A DNA stretch of 64,000 bases from an uncultured Bacteroidales bacterium. Lineage in GTDB: Bacteria > Bacteroidota > Bacteroidia > Bacteroidales > WCHB1-69. A program made the translations under genes and the position numbers. The stretch covers positions 6,803 to 70,802 of the forward strand of contig CALGTS010000046.1 in the NCBI GenBank assembly GCA_937901925.1, written 5' to 3'. Below, piece by piece: positions 28,044-36,189 of this stretch; position 1 is the stretch's first letter; every line of letters begins with the position of its first letter. The notes below the pieces were generated by a model. The model did no database searches and was not told the DNA's origin. It was given only the letters and a program-made list of their open reading frames with translations.

Positions 28044-28261
28044 AGCATATTTTTTTGACAGGTTCTGACACAATTTTCTACGGCAATAGGATATGAGAAC
28101 CCAAGCATATCCTCTTCCGCGGCAAATAGATTTACACTGCCACAAAAATAAGAAAAAATAACATCCCTTCACACAAAAAAATTAATAAAATTCTTGTTTG
28201 TACAAGAAAATTCTACACTTACAAGAAACGCCTAATTATCAGAATTGGAATAATTTCCAAT

Positions 28262-28289
28262 AAAAAAGGGCAGAAATTAACTTCTGCCC
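28262..28289 (-). terminator. Rho-independent terminator after gmhA
   Basis: The minus strand reads GGGCAGAA-GUUAAU-UUCUGCCC followed by UUUUUU. It lies 24 nt downstream of the gmhA stop. Confidence 0.8.
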
Positions 28290-28312
28290 TATCCATTTAT
28301 TTCAAAACAAGC

Positions 28313-28888
28313 TTATCCAAAAATTTCTTTTTCAACATGTTCACACAAAATATGTCCCAACACGATATGAGCTTCTTGAATTCTGGGAGTATCGGAAGAA
28401 GGTACATTAAGCAGTATATTGGAATATTTTTTCAGATCGCCGCCAGAAGCGCCCGTCATTCCAACCACAAACACCCCCATTTCGCTTGCCAATTTACAAG
28501 TTTTCAAAATATTTGCACTATTTCCTGACGTTGACAAAGCTACCAAAAGGTCTCCATTATGGGCTGTTCCCTTTAGCAGACGAGCATACACTTCATCATA
28601 CCCATAATCGTTAGCTACAGCCGTAAGATATGAGGTATTACAATGGAGAGCTTCCGCATTAAGAGGTTCTCTATCGAAATAGAAACGACCCGACAACTCC
28701 GCAGCCAAATGTTGAGCATCGGCAGCGCTACCTCCGTTTCCGCAAAAATGGATCTTACCTCCATTTTTCAAAGTTTTCACCATCTGAGAAACAGTCAAGG
28801 CAACACGATCAAGTAGTTCTGCATCTTGTAAGATTTGCTGCTTTACTGAGATAGAATTCTGGATTGCCTTTTGGATTTGGTTTTTCAT
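28313..28888 (-). CDS. gmhA: D-sedoheptulose-7-phosphate isomerase (SIS domain)
   Basis: 191 aa with CGNGGSAADAQHLAAELSGRF, TAVANDYGYDEVYARLL, LSTSGNSANIL and RIQEAHIVLGHILCEHVE, which closely follow the GmhA consensus. Confidence 0.8.
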   Translation of the reverse strand: MKNQIQKAIQNSISVKQQILQDAELLDRVALTVSQMVKTLKNGGKIHFCGNGGSAADAQHLAAELSGRFYFDREPLNAEALHCNTSYLTAVANDYGYDEVYARLLKGTAHNGDLLVALSTSGNSANILKTCKLASEMGVFVVGMTGASGGDLKKYSNILLNVPSSDTPRIQEAHIVLGHILCEHVEKEIFG

Positions 28889-28894
28889 ATAAAA

Positions 28895-29833
28895 CTATTT
28901 TACAATTCGAGTACCACATGCTGGATTTCCGAGTTCTCCAGCTTCAGTAATGATGCACTCTTTACCACCATTTTCAACGAAATAGATAGCAGCACGTACT
29001 TTAGGACCCATAGAACCTTCTGTAAAATGGCCTTCTGCAAGATATTTCTTAGCTTCCTCTACTGTAATCGTATCTAAAGCTTTTTCATTGGGTTTTCTAA
29101 AATTGATATACACTTTAGGCACATCTGTCAGGATATAGAACTCATCGGCACGGATTTGCACAGCCGTAATTGCGGAAGCTAAATCTTTATCAATAACAGC
29201 TTCTACGCCACGAATCTCTTTTCCATCCTCAACAACTGGAATGCCACCGCCACCAACAGTAACCACGATATGACCTTCGTTAGCGAGTTTTTCAACGATT
29301 TCTATATTTTTTACTGCCAAAGGTTTGGGAGAAGCGACCACTTTACGCCAACCATTTCCTTTGGGATCTTCTTTAAAGATTGCACCCGTTTTTTCTGCGT
29401 ATGCATCTGCCTCCTCTTTTGAATAGTAAGGCCCCACGGGCTTAGTAGGATTTTGAAACATCGGGTCATTTTTATCCACCACCACTTGAGTAACCAATGT
29501 AACCACATTGCGGTTAATACCAGCTTGAGCGAACACATTTCTAAAACCTTGTTCAATCATGTAGCCTATAGAGCCTTGAGTTTCTGAAACGCAAAAATCC
29601 ATTGGCATTACTTGTGTATTGAACACCTGCTTACCAGCTTCATGTTGAAGCATAACATTTCCTACTTGCGGACCATTACCATGTCCAATTACAATATTGT
29701 GACCTTGTTTTACTAAACTTATTAATGACTGACAAGTTTCTGTAACATTCTGGATTTGTTCCTGATAAGTTCCTTTCTGCCCACTTCTAAGAAGTGCATT
29801 ACCTCCGAATGCTATAACTGCTAATTTTGCCAT
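28895..29833 (-). CDS. arcC: Carbamate kinase
   Basis: MAKLAVIAFGGNALL...IGHGNGPQVG...VTVGGGGIPV follows the amino-acid-kinase/carbamate-kinase pattern. The ATG at 29833 is preferred over the TTG at 29839. Confidence 0.85.
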   Translation of the reverse strand: MAKLAVIAFGGNALLRSGQKGTYQEQIQNVTETCQSLISLVKQGHNIVIGHGNGPQVGNVMLQHEAGKQVFNTQVMPMDFCVSETQGSIGYMIEQGFRNVFAQAGINRNVVTLVTQVVVDKNDPMFQNPTKPVGPYYSKEEADAYAEKTGAIFKEDPKGNGWRKVVASPKPLAVKNIEIVEKLANEGHIVVTVGGGGIPVVEDGKEIRGVEAVIDKDLASAITAVQIRADEFYILTDVPKVYINFRKPNEKALDTITVEEAKKYLAEGHFTEGSMGPKVRAAIYFVENGGKECIITEAGELGNPACGTRIVK

Positions 29834-29872
29834 AAACAAAATGGTTTTTAATGATTATTAAAAAGAATTATT

Positions 29873-29916
29873 CCGTTGCCGCTAACAAGATCCGAAGAGG
29901 TTGAAACCGGCAACGG
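29873..29916 (-). terminator. Long-loop GC-rich hairpin between the M13 peptidase gene and arcC (terminator or leader structure)
   Basis: On the minus strand CCGUUGCCG (29916..29908) pairs over 9 bp with CGGCAACGG (29881..29873), enclosing a 26-nt loop that contains CUUCGG. It is followed by AAUAAUUCUUUUU. Confidence 0.35.
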
Positions 29917-29936
29917 GATAAAAGATTATTTTTTTC

Positions 29937-31988
29937 TTACCAAATGCGAGCTCGTTTTTCTGGAGCTATCCACATTTTATCACCTTCTTTAATATTGAAA
30001 GCTTCAATGAAAGAAGTAATATGAGGAAGGGTTCCATTCACTCTCCATTTTCCTAAAGAGTGTGGATCTTCTTTTGTACGTTTGATAATTTCTGCATCGC
30101 GAATATTACCTGCCCAAACATTAGCATAAGCGATGAAGAAGCGTTGTTCTGGAGTAAATCCGTCCATCTCTCCTTGAATTCCTCCATCAGCAATTGCTTT
30201 TTGCATAGCTTGGAAAGCAATATTTACACCACCATTATCAGCAATATTTTCACCTAAAGTAAAAACTCCATTGGCGAAGGTTCCTGGAAGTACTTCAATT
30301 GCGTTGAAGTGATCAACCAGCACTTGTGTACGTTCTGCAAAATTTGCACTATCGATAGAAGTCCACCAATTGGTCATATTTCCATCTTTATCATACATTC
30401 TACCCTGATCGTCGAAGCCGTGTGTCATTTCGTGACCAATAACGACACCGATTGCGCCATAGTTTACAGCGTCATCAGCATTCATATCGAAGAATGGAGG
30501 CTGAAGAATACCTGCAGGGAAACAGATTTCGTTAGTTGTTGGGTTATAGTATGCATTTACGGTTTGTGGAGTCATCAACCATTCGGATGGATCAACAGGT
30601 TTTCCGATTTTAGCAAGTTGATAATCATTTTCAAAACGACGAGCGCGCAATACATTTGCATAGTAGCTATCTTTTTCGATAGAAAGGTTAGAATAATCTC
30701 TCCACTCCTCAGGATAACCAATTTTCACACGCATAGTATTTAATTTAGCAACTGCTTTTTCTTTCGTTTCAGGCTGCATCCACTCACCTGCATTAATTCT
30801 TTCGTTTAAAGCAACTTTAACATTTTCCACTAACTTCACCATTCTTTCTTTAGCTGAAGCTGGGAAATATTTTTCAACATATAGTTTTCCAACTACTTCA
30901 CCAAGAGAGCCGTTTACTACGTCAACAACACGTTTCCAACGAGGTTGATTTTCCTCTTTTCCACTAAGCACTTTTCCAAAGAAGTTGAAATCAGCATCCA
31001 CCATTGCTTTGTTTAGGTACGGAGCTGCAGCATTGATTACATTCCAAGCCAAATATGCTTTCAAAGTAGCTAAATCAGTAGTACTTACTGCTTTATCCAT
31101 AGCTTTAAAATATTCCACTTGACCCACATTTACAGATTCCAAAGCTCCGAGTCCCATATTTTCGAGATATGCTTTCATATCAATGTTAGGAGTAAGAGTT
31201 TGCAAATCGCTAATTGTGTAGATATTATAGGTTGCTTCTGGATTTCGCAAATCCTCTTTAGACATAAAAGCAGCGGCCAACTTTGTTTCAAAATCGAAAA
31301 CTGCTTTTGCTAAATCGGCTTCTTTACCTTCTGCATTTGCTAAAGCTGAATAGCCAGAAATTTGGAACATTTGGGTAAGCAATTTTACATACTCATCTCT
31401 AATAGTTTGCAAATCTGGTTCAAGATAATATTCGCGAGCACCAATTCCCAAACCTGTTTGCCACATCCAAGCAATAGTCATAGTACTATTTTTAGGATCG
31501 GCTTCACCAAACACACCAAAAAGAGGATTTACACCATTTTTGTGCATATCAGCCAAAAGTGCTGGCAAATCTTTTACATTTCCAAGAGCTTGAATTGCTT
31601 CCAATTCAGGACGGATAGGCTCAACACCTTGTGTTTCAATGGTATTTTCATCCATACCTAAGTTGTAAAGGTCACCAACTTTCTGCATATCAGAACCTTT
31701 TTCATGTTCTGTTTTTGCGATTTCAGTAATCAAATCATTGATCTGTTTTTTGTTATTTTCGCCTAATTCGTCAAAACTACCATAACGGGAATACTCAGCA
31801 GTAAGTGGGTGATTTTTCATCCAACCGCCGCAAGCATATTGGTAGAAATCATCAGCAGGATTTGCTGTGGTATCAAGATTTTCAAAATTTACACCTGAAG
31901 TCAACTCAGGGACACTTTCTTTCTTCTTGTTACAAGAAGAGAAGAGTAAAGCTGCGCAAATCATAGCAGGAATAATAACTTTTTTCAT
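29937..31988 (-). CDS. M13 family zinc metallopeptidase (PepO/endothelin-converting-enzyme-like) lipoprotein
   Basis: 683 aa with the lipoprotein signal AALLFSSC. It carries VIGHEMTHGFDDQG (HExxH), ENIADNGG and the C-terminal W typical of M13. Confidence 0.85.
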   Translation of the reverse strand: MKKVIIPAMICAALLFSSCNKKKESVPELTSGVNFENLDTTANPADDFYQYACGGWMKNHPLTAEYSRYGSFDELGENNKKQINDLITEIAKTEHEKGSDMQKVGDLYNLGMDENTIETQGVEPIRPELEAIQALGNVKDLPALLADMHKNGVNPLFGVFGEADPKNSTMTIAWMWQTGLGIGAREYYLEPDLQTIRDEYVKLLTQMFQISGYSALANAEGKEADLAKAVFDFETKLAAAFMSKEDLRNPEATYNIYTISDLQTLTPNIDMKAYLENMGLGALESVNVGQVEYFKAMDKAVSTTDLATLKAYLAWNVINAAAPYLNKAMVDADFNFFGKVLSGKEENQPRWKRVVDVVNGSLGEVVGKLYVEKYFPASAKERMVKLVENVKVALNERINAGEWMQPETKEKAVAKLNTMRVKIGYPEEWRDYSNLSIEKDSYYANVLRARRFENDYQLAKIGKPVDPSEWLMTPQTVNAYYNPTTNEICFPAGILQPPFFDMNADDAVNYGAIGVVIGHEMTHGFDDQGRMYDKDGNMTNWWTSIDSANFAERTQVLVDHFNAIEVLPGTFANGVFTLGENIADNGGVNIAFQAMQKAIADGGIQGEMDGFTPEQRFFIAYANVWAGNIRDAEIIKRTKEDPHSLGKWRVNGTLPHITSFIEAFNIKEGDKMWIAPEKRARIW

Positions 31989-32048
31989 TTCTTATAATAT
32001 TGTTTTTCAATCAATTATACTAATGTATATGTTTTTTTTTAGAGTTGG

Positions 32049-32056
32049 CAAACTTA
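32049..32056 (-). promoter_or_regulatory. -7 promoter box TAAGTTTG for the M13 peptidase gene
   Basis: The plus strand reads caaactta. It lies about 60 nt upstream of the ATG at 31988. Confidence 0.4.
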
Positions 32057-32075
32057 AATCAAATATTTCAATTTT

Positions 32076-32504
32076 TCAAGAGCGACGGCGACAATGCACA
32101 TCTGAAGAATCCCAAGATTGATATAGAAGTATGTAATGAATAGTTCTGATAAGAACAATAAACAGATCTAACTTATTATCTACGAACCATTTAATAGCTT
32201 CATCTTCTTTTCTACAAGCAGCAGCAAATTTAGAAAGGAAAGTACAATTATAACGATCGAGCCACTCGATAGCACTATCCACATTATCAATTGCATCACT
32301 TAAGACTGCAAATTCAGGGAATCCGTTATTCATCAGCCACTTAAGAGCATCAGTATCTGAGTGAATAGCGGCAGAGAGTGCAGCCAATTCGGGAAATCCA
32401 TTTTGAATGAAGAAATCTGTAAATTGACGATTTCCCTTTAGGCTCTCGTTAAGAGCCAGCAGCAGTTTAGCATCATAGTCCGTTAAGCAATGTAACATTC
32501 TCAC
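32076..32504 (-). CDS. Small internal-repeat protein of unknown function
   Basis: 142 aa with a GTG start 2 nt after the glnS stop (alternative ATG at 32498). It has three tandem units of about 26 aa, matching NGFPE(L/F)A.LS.AI...D.A(L/I)(K/E)W(L/F)..N. Confidence 0.45.
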   Translation of the reverse strand: MRMLHCLTDYDAKLLLALNESLKGNRQFTDFFIQNGFPELAALSAAIHSDTDALKWLMNNGFPEFAVLSDAIDNVDSAIEWLDRYNCTFLSKFAAACRKEDEAIKWFVDNKLDLFIVLIRTIHYILLYQSWDSSDVHCRRRS

Positions 32505-32506
32505 AT

Positions 32507-34132
32507 CTATTGCTTTAAGCTTACCGTTTTATTAAATACGATTCTATCTGGAGTAGAATCTTTATCAATACAGAAATAACCTGTCCTTTCAAATTGGTAG
32601 TGAGTATCAGCAGCATTTAACTTTAAATTTTCTTCCACCAATCCATCTACAACTACCAAAGAATTAGGGTTAATATAGTCTATAAAGGTCTTACCCTCCT
32701 CAGTATTATCAGGTTCTGGCACACTAAACAATCTATCGAAAAGGCGTACTTCCGCTTTTTGGTGATGTTGAGCAGAGATCCAATGAATTGTAGCTTTTAC
32801 CTTTCGGTTACTTTGTTCCATACCACTCTTAGTTTCGGGGTCATAGGTAGCATGAATTTCTGTAATATTACCCTCATCATCTTTTACGATATGAGTACAT
32901 TTAATAATGTAAGCATATTTCAAACGCACTTCTCGATCGATAGAGAGACGATAGAATTTTTTATCAGCATTTTCACGGAAATCAGCACGCTCGATATAAA
33001 GTTCGCGAGTAAAAGGAACTTCGCGAGTTCCTGCTTCTGGGTTCTCGGGATTATTTACAGCGTTCATCATTTCCGTTTGATTTTCAGGATAGTTATCAAT
33101 AATTAACTTCACTGGATCGAGCACAGCCATTGTGCGGGTAGCCACTTTATTTAGGTCTTCTCGAGCGCAAAATTCTAGGAGTGCCACATCAATGACGTTA
33201 TCTCGTTTTGCCACGCCAACCGTTTCTGCAAAATTACGGATAGAGCGCGCGGTATAACCTCTACGACGCAAACCTGAGATAGTGGGCATACGCGGGTCGT
33301 CCCAACCCATAACATATTTATCTTGAACCAATTGTAACAATTTACGTTTACTCATAATTGTGTAATTCAAGTTCAATCTCGCAAACTCAATCTGTTGTGG
33401 GTGGTGAATTTCCAATTGTTCGCAGAACCAATCATAGAGAGGCCTATGCACTTCAAATTCGAGGGTACAGATTGAGTGGGTAATTCCTTCGATAGAATCA
33501 CTTTGTCCGTGTGCAAAATCGTACATCGGATAAATGCACCATTTATTTCCTGTTCTATGGTGGTCAGCATAAAGAATTCGATAGATGATTGGGTCGCGCA
33601 TGTGCATATTTGGTGAAGCAAGGTCTATTTTTGCACGAAGCACACGGCTACCTTCAGGGAATTCTCCAGCACGCATTCTTCTGAATAAATCTAAATTTTC
33701 TTCAACACTTCTATCTCGGTAAGGGCTTGGAGTTGCTGGCTTGGTAGGCACACCTCTATTTTTACTAATTTCCTCTTGTGTTGAATCATCAACATAGGCT
33801 AAACCTTTAGAAATCAAACGTTCTGCCCATTCATATAGTTGATCGAAATAGTTTGAGGCATAGTATTCACCAGCCCATTGGAACCCCAACCACTGAATAT
33901 CCTCTTTAATAGAATCTACATATTCCACATCCTCTTTAGCGGGATTAGTATCGTCAAAACGGAGGTTGCATTTTCCATCATATTTTTGAGCCAAACCAAA
34001 GTTCAAGCAGATTGACTTTGCGTGTCCTATATGCAGATAACCATTAGGTTCCGGGGGAAAACGGGTTTGTACTTTCGAGTTATTTTTTCCAATTTTTAAA
34101 TCGTCCTCAATAATTTCTTCGATAAAATTCAT
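32507..34132 (-). CDS. glnS: Glutamine--tRNA ligase
   Basis: [19 protein letters not shown] carries the HIGH motif and IMSKRKL carries KMSKS. The remainder is GlnRS-like throughout. Confidence 0.9.
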   Translation of the reverse strand: MNFIEEIIEDDLKIGKNNSKVQTRFPPEPNGYLHIGHAKSICLNFGLAQKYDGKCNLRFDDTNPAKEDVEYVDSIKEDIQWLGFQWAGEYYASNYFDQLYEWAERLISKGLAYVDDSTQEEISKNRGVPTKPATPSPYRDRSVEENLDLFRRMRAGEFPEGSRVLRAKIDLASPNMHMRDPIIYRILYADHHRTGNKWCIYPMYDFAHGQSDSIEGITHSICTLEFEVHRPLYDWFCEQLEIHHPQQIEFARLNLNYTIMSKRKLLQLVQDKYVMGWDDPRMPTISGLRRRGYTARSIRNFAETVGVAKRDNVIDVALLEFCAREDLNKVATRTMAVLDPVKLIIDNYPENQTEMMNAVNNPENPEAGTREVPFTRELYIERADFRENADKKFYRLSIDREVRLKYAYIIKCTHIVKDDEGNITEIHATYDPETKSGMEQSNRKVKATIHWISAQHHQKAEVRLFDRLFSVPEPDNTEEGKTFIDYINPNSLVVVDGLVEENLKLNAADTHYQFERTGYFCIDKDSTPDRIVFNKTVSLKQ

Positions 34133-34155
34133 AACATCTATTTTTTAGCAAACCG

Positions 34156-34163
34156 CAAAAATA
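34156..34163 (-). promoter_or_regulatory. -7 promoter box TATTTTTG for glnS
   Basis: The plus strand reads caaaaata. It lies 24 nt upstream of the ATG at 34132. Confidence 0.5.
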
Positions 34164-34424
34164 CAATAAACTTTTAAACCACGTATCTTAAAATGCGATT
34201 CTGCATTCTTTTTTAAGTTTTTTTCATATTACAAAAACATCAATACAATGATTTTTTATCCAAGAAAAATACTATATTAATTAATAAAAAAGAATCAAAA
34301 ATAGAAAATAAATCTAACAACAGAAATATAATTTTGATATTTTTCTAATTTTCAGAGCAATATAAAAAAAACAAAAACAGAAAAAAAAATAGAAATTTTG
34401 GGTTGAGAGTGTTAATTTATTCGT

Positions 34425-34432
34425 TATTTTTG
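34425..34432 (+). promoter_or_regulatory. -7 promoter box TATTTTTG for the phosphohexomutase/ACS operon
   Basis: TATTTTTGCA lies 18 nt upstream of the ATG at 34450. Confidence 0.55.
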
Positions 34433-34449
34433 CAAAAAACAGAAGAGAA

Positions 34450-36177
34450 ATGAATAGTATCACCGTTGAAAACATCAATAAATGGCTTTCTGAAGAATAT
34501 GATGAAAACACGCACCAAGAGATTCTTCGTCTTCAGGAGGAAAATCCTCAAGAATTAGAAGATGCTTTTTATAAAACCTTAAAGTTCGGAACAGGTGGCT
34601 TGCGAGGAATAATGGGCGTAGGCACCAATCGAATGAATAAATATACGGTAGGATCTGCTACTCAAGGATTTGCACTTTATTTAAAGAAATGTTTTCCCAA
34701 TGAGGTTATCAAAGTAGTTGTTTCATACGATTCTCGAAATAACAGTCGATACTTTGCAGAGATTACTGCAGATATTTTCACAGCAAACAAAATTCATTGT
34801 TTTCTTTTTGATGAGATGCGTCCCACACCGATTTTATCATTTGCTGTGCGCCACCTTCAATGCCAAGGCGGTGTAATGATTACGGCATCACACAATCCGA
34901 AAGAGTACAATGGATACAAAGCATATTGGCAAGATGGTGGACAATTAGTACCTCCTCACGACCAAAACGTAATCAATTATGTAAATCGCACGAAGAGTGT
35001 GAGTAAAATAAAATGGCAACGCAATAATCTTTATTTCCATAGGATTGGAACAGAGGTTGATAATGCTTATTTTGCTCTTCTCAAAAAACAAATGTTCAAT
35101 ACTGATGAAATTACTCATCGTAAAAAATTCAAAATTGTATATACCCCACTACACGGAACAGGTATTACAATGGTTCCTAAAGCTTTAGAAGCATTAGGAT
35201 TTCGACACGTAGTACTTGTTGATGAACAAAGCATTCCTGATGGTAATTTTCCAACGGTAGAATCGCCTAATCCTGAAGAAACATCAGCTATGCAGATGGC
35301 TCTTAGTAAAGCAGAAGAAGTTAATGCAGACATTGTACTCGGAACGGATCCAGATGCTGATCGTGTGGCTTTGGCAATCAAAGACCCAACTGGTAAATAT
35401 ATTCTACTCAATGGAAATCAAACAGCTACACTACTTTTTCACTATGTTCTTTCACAAAAATTACGTCAAAAAACATTAACAGATTCTCATTTTACCGTTA
35501 AAACTATCGTTACTTCTGAACTTCTACAAACAATCTCCTTAGACTTTAACATCCCTTGTTACAATGTATTAACAGGATTTAAATATATTGCGGAGAAAAT
35601 TTTAGAAAAAGAGGGGAAGGAAAGTTTCCTTGTAGGTGGAGAAGAAAGTTTTGGCTACTTGGTAGGAGACTTCGTACGCGATAAAGATGCCATTTCGGCA
35701 TGTTGTATGTTGGCAGAAATGGCAGTTCATGCAATTAGCAATCAAAGTTCTGCCTATAAAGAACTTCTCAATATTTACAAGAAATATTTCTTTCCCAAGG
35801 AACATCTTCTTTCCATTACCAAAAAAGGGAAAGATGGGCTTCAAGAGATTAAAAATATGATGAAAGGATATCGACATAACCCTCCAAAACAAATTGCAGG
35901 ACAAAGGGTTATGATTATCAAAGACTATCAAGAGAGAATTTCCTGCAATCTACTTACTGGTGAACGCCAAGAAATTCAGCTCCCTGTTTCTGACGTATTG
36001 CAATTCTACTTGGAAGACAATACAGTCATTACAGTACGCCCTTCTGGTACCGAGCCGAAAATCAAGTTCTACTTCGGTGTTTCCACTACGCTTAAAAAAT
36101 TTGTACATTTTGACAAATGCAATCAGATCTTAACAGAAAAAATCGCCAATATCATTTCTGACTTAAATCTAAACTAA
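34450..36177 (+). CDS. Phosphoglucomutase/phosphomannomutase family (PgcA-like phospho-sugar mutase)
   Basis: 575 aa with GGVMITASHNPKEYNGYK (active-site Ser loop), GTDPDADR (metal loop) and GGEESFG (sugar loop). Confidence 0.85.
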   Translation: MNSITVENINKWLSEEYDENTHQEILRLQEENPQELEDAFYKTLKFGTGGLRGIMGVGTNRMNKYTVGSATQGFALYLKKCFPNEVIKVVVSYDSRNNSRYFAEITADIFTANKIHCFLFDEMRPTPILSFAVRHLQCQGGVMITASHNPKEYNGYKAYWQDGGQLVPPHDQNVINYVNRTKSVSKIKWQRNNLYFHRIGTEVDNAYFALLKKQMFNTDEITHRKKFKIVYTPLHGTGITMVPKALEALGFRHVVLVDEQSIPDGNFPTVESPNPEETSAMQMALSKAEEVNADIVLGTDPDADRVALAIKDPTGKYILLNGNQTATLLFHYVLSQKLRQKTLTDSHFTVKTIVTSELLQTISLDFNIPCYNVLTGFKYIAEKILEKEGKESFLVGGEESFGYLVGDFVRDKDAISACCMLAEMAVHAISNQSSAYKELLNIYKKYFFPKEHLLSITKKGKDGLQEIKNMMKGYRHNPPKQIAGQRVMIIKDYQERISCNLLTGERQEIQLPVSDVLQFYLEDNTVITVRPSGTEPKIKFYFGVSTTLKKFVHFDKCNQILTEKIANIISDLNLN

Positions 36178-36189
36178 ACACATAACAAT

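Noticed and set aside
28044-28172. 43-codon N-terminal extension of the lemA ORF (MKGCYFFLFLWQCKSICRGRGY...)
   Set aside because: It is Cys-, Phe- and Arg-rich, unlike any LemA N-terminus. The internal ATG at 28043 gives a normal LemA beginning. The extension is most likely untranslated upstream sequence.
28313-28888. SIS-domain protein as DiaA (DnaA-associating) rather than GmhA
   Set aside because: The sequence follows the GmhA consensus closely, including the catalytic-region motifs (GNGGSAADAQH, TSGNS, RIQEAH). DiaA cannot be excluded without a search, but GmhA is the simpler call.
34133-34449. The very AT-rich 317-bp divergent spacer, with a 65-aa ORF (34314..34511), considered as a small gene or DNA-unwinding element
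   Set aside because: The ORF is Phe/Ile/Ser/Cys-rich nonsense overlapping the phosphohexomutase start. Divergent glnS and mutase -7 boxes account for the spacer, and no DnaA boxes are seen.
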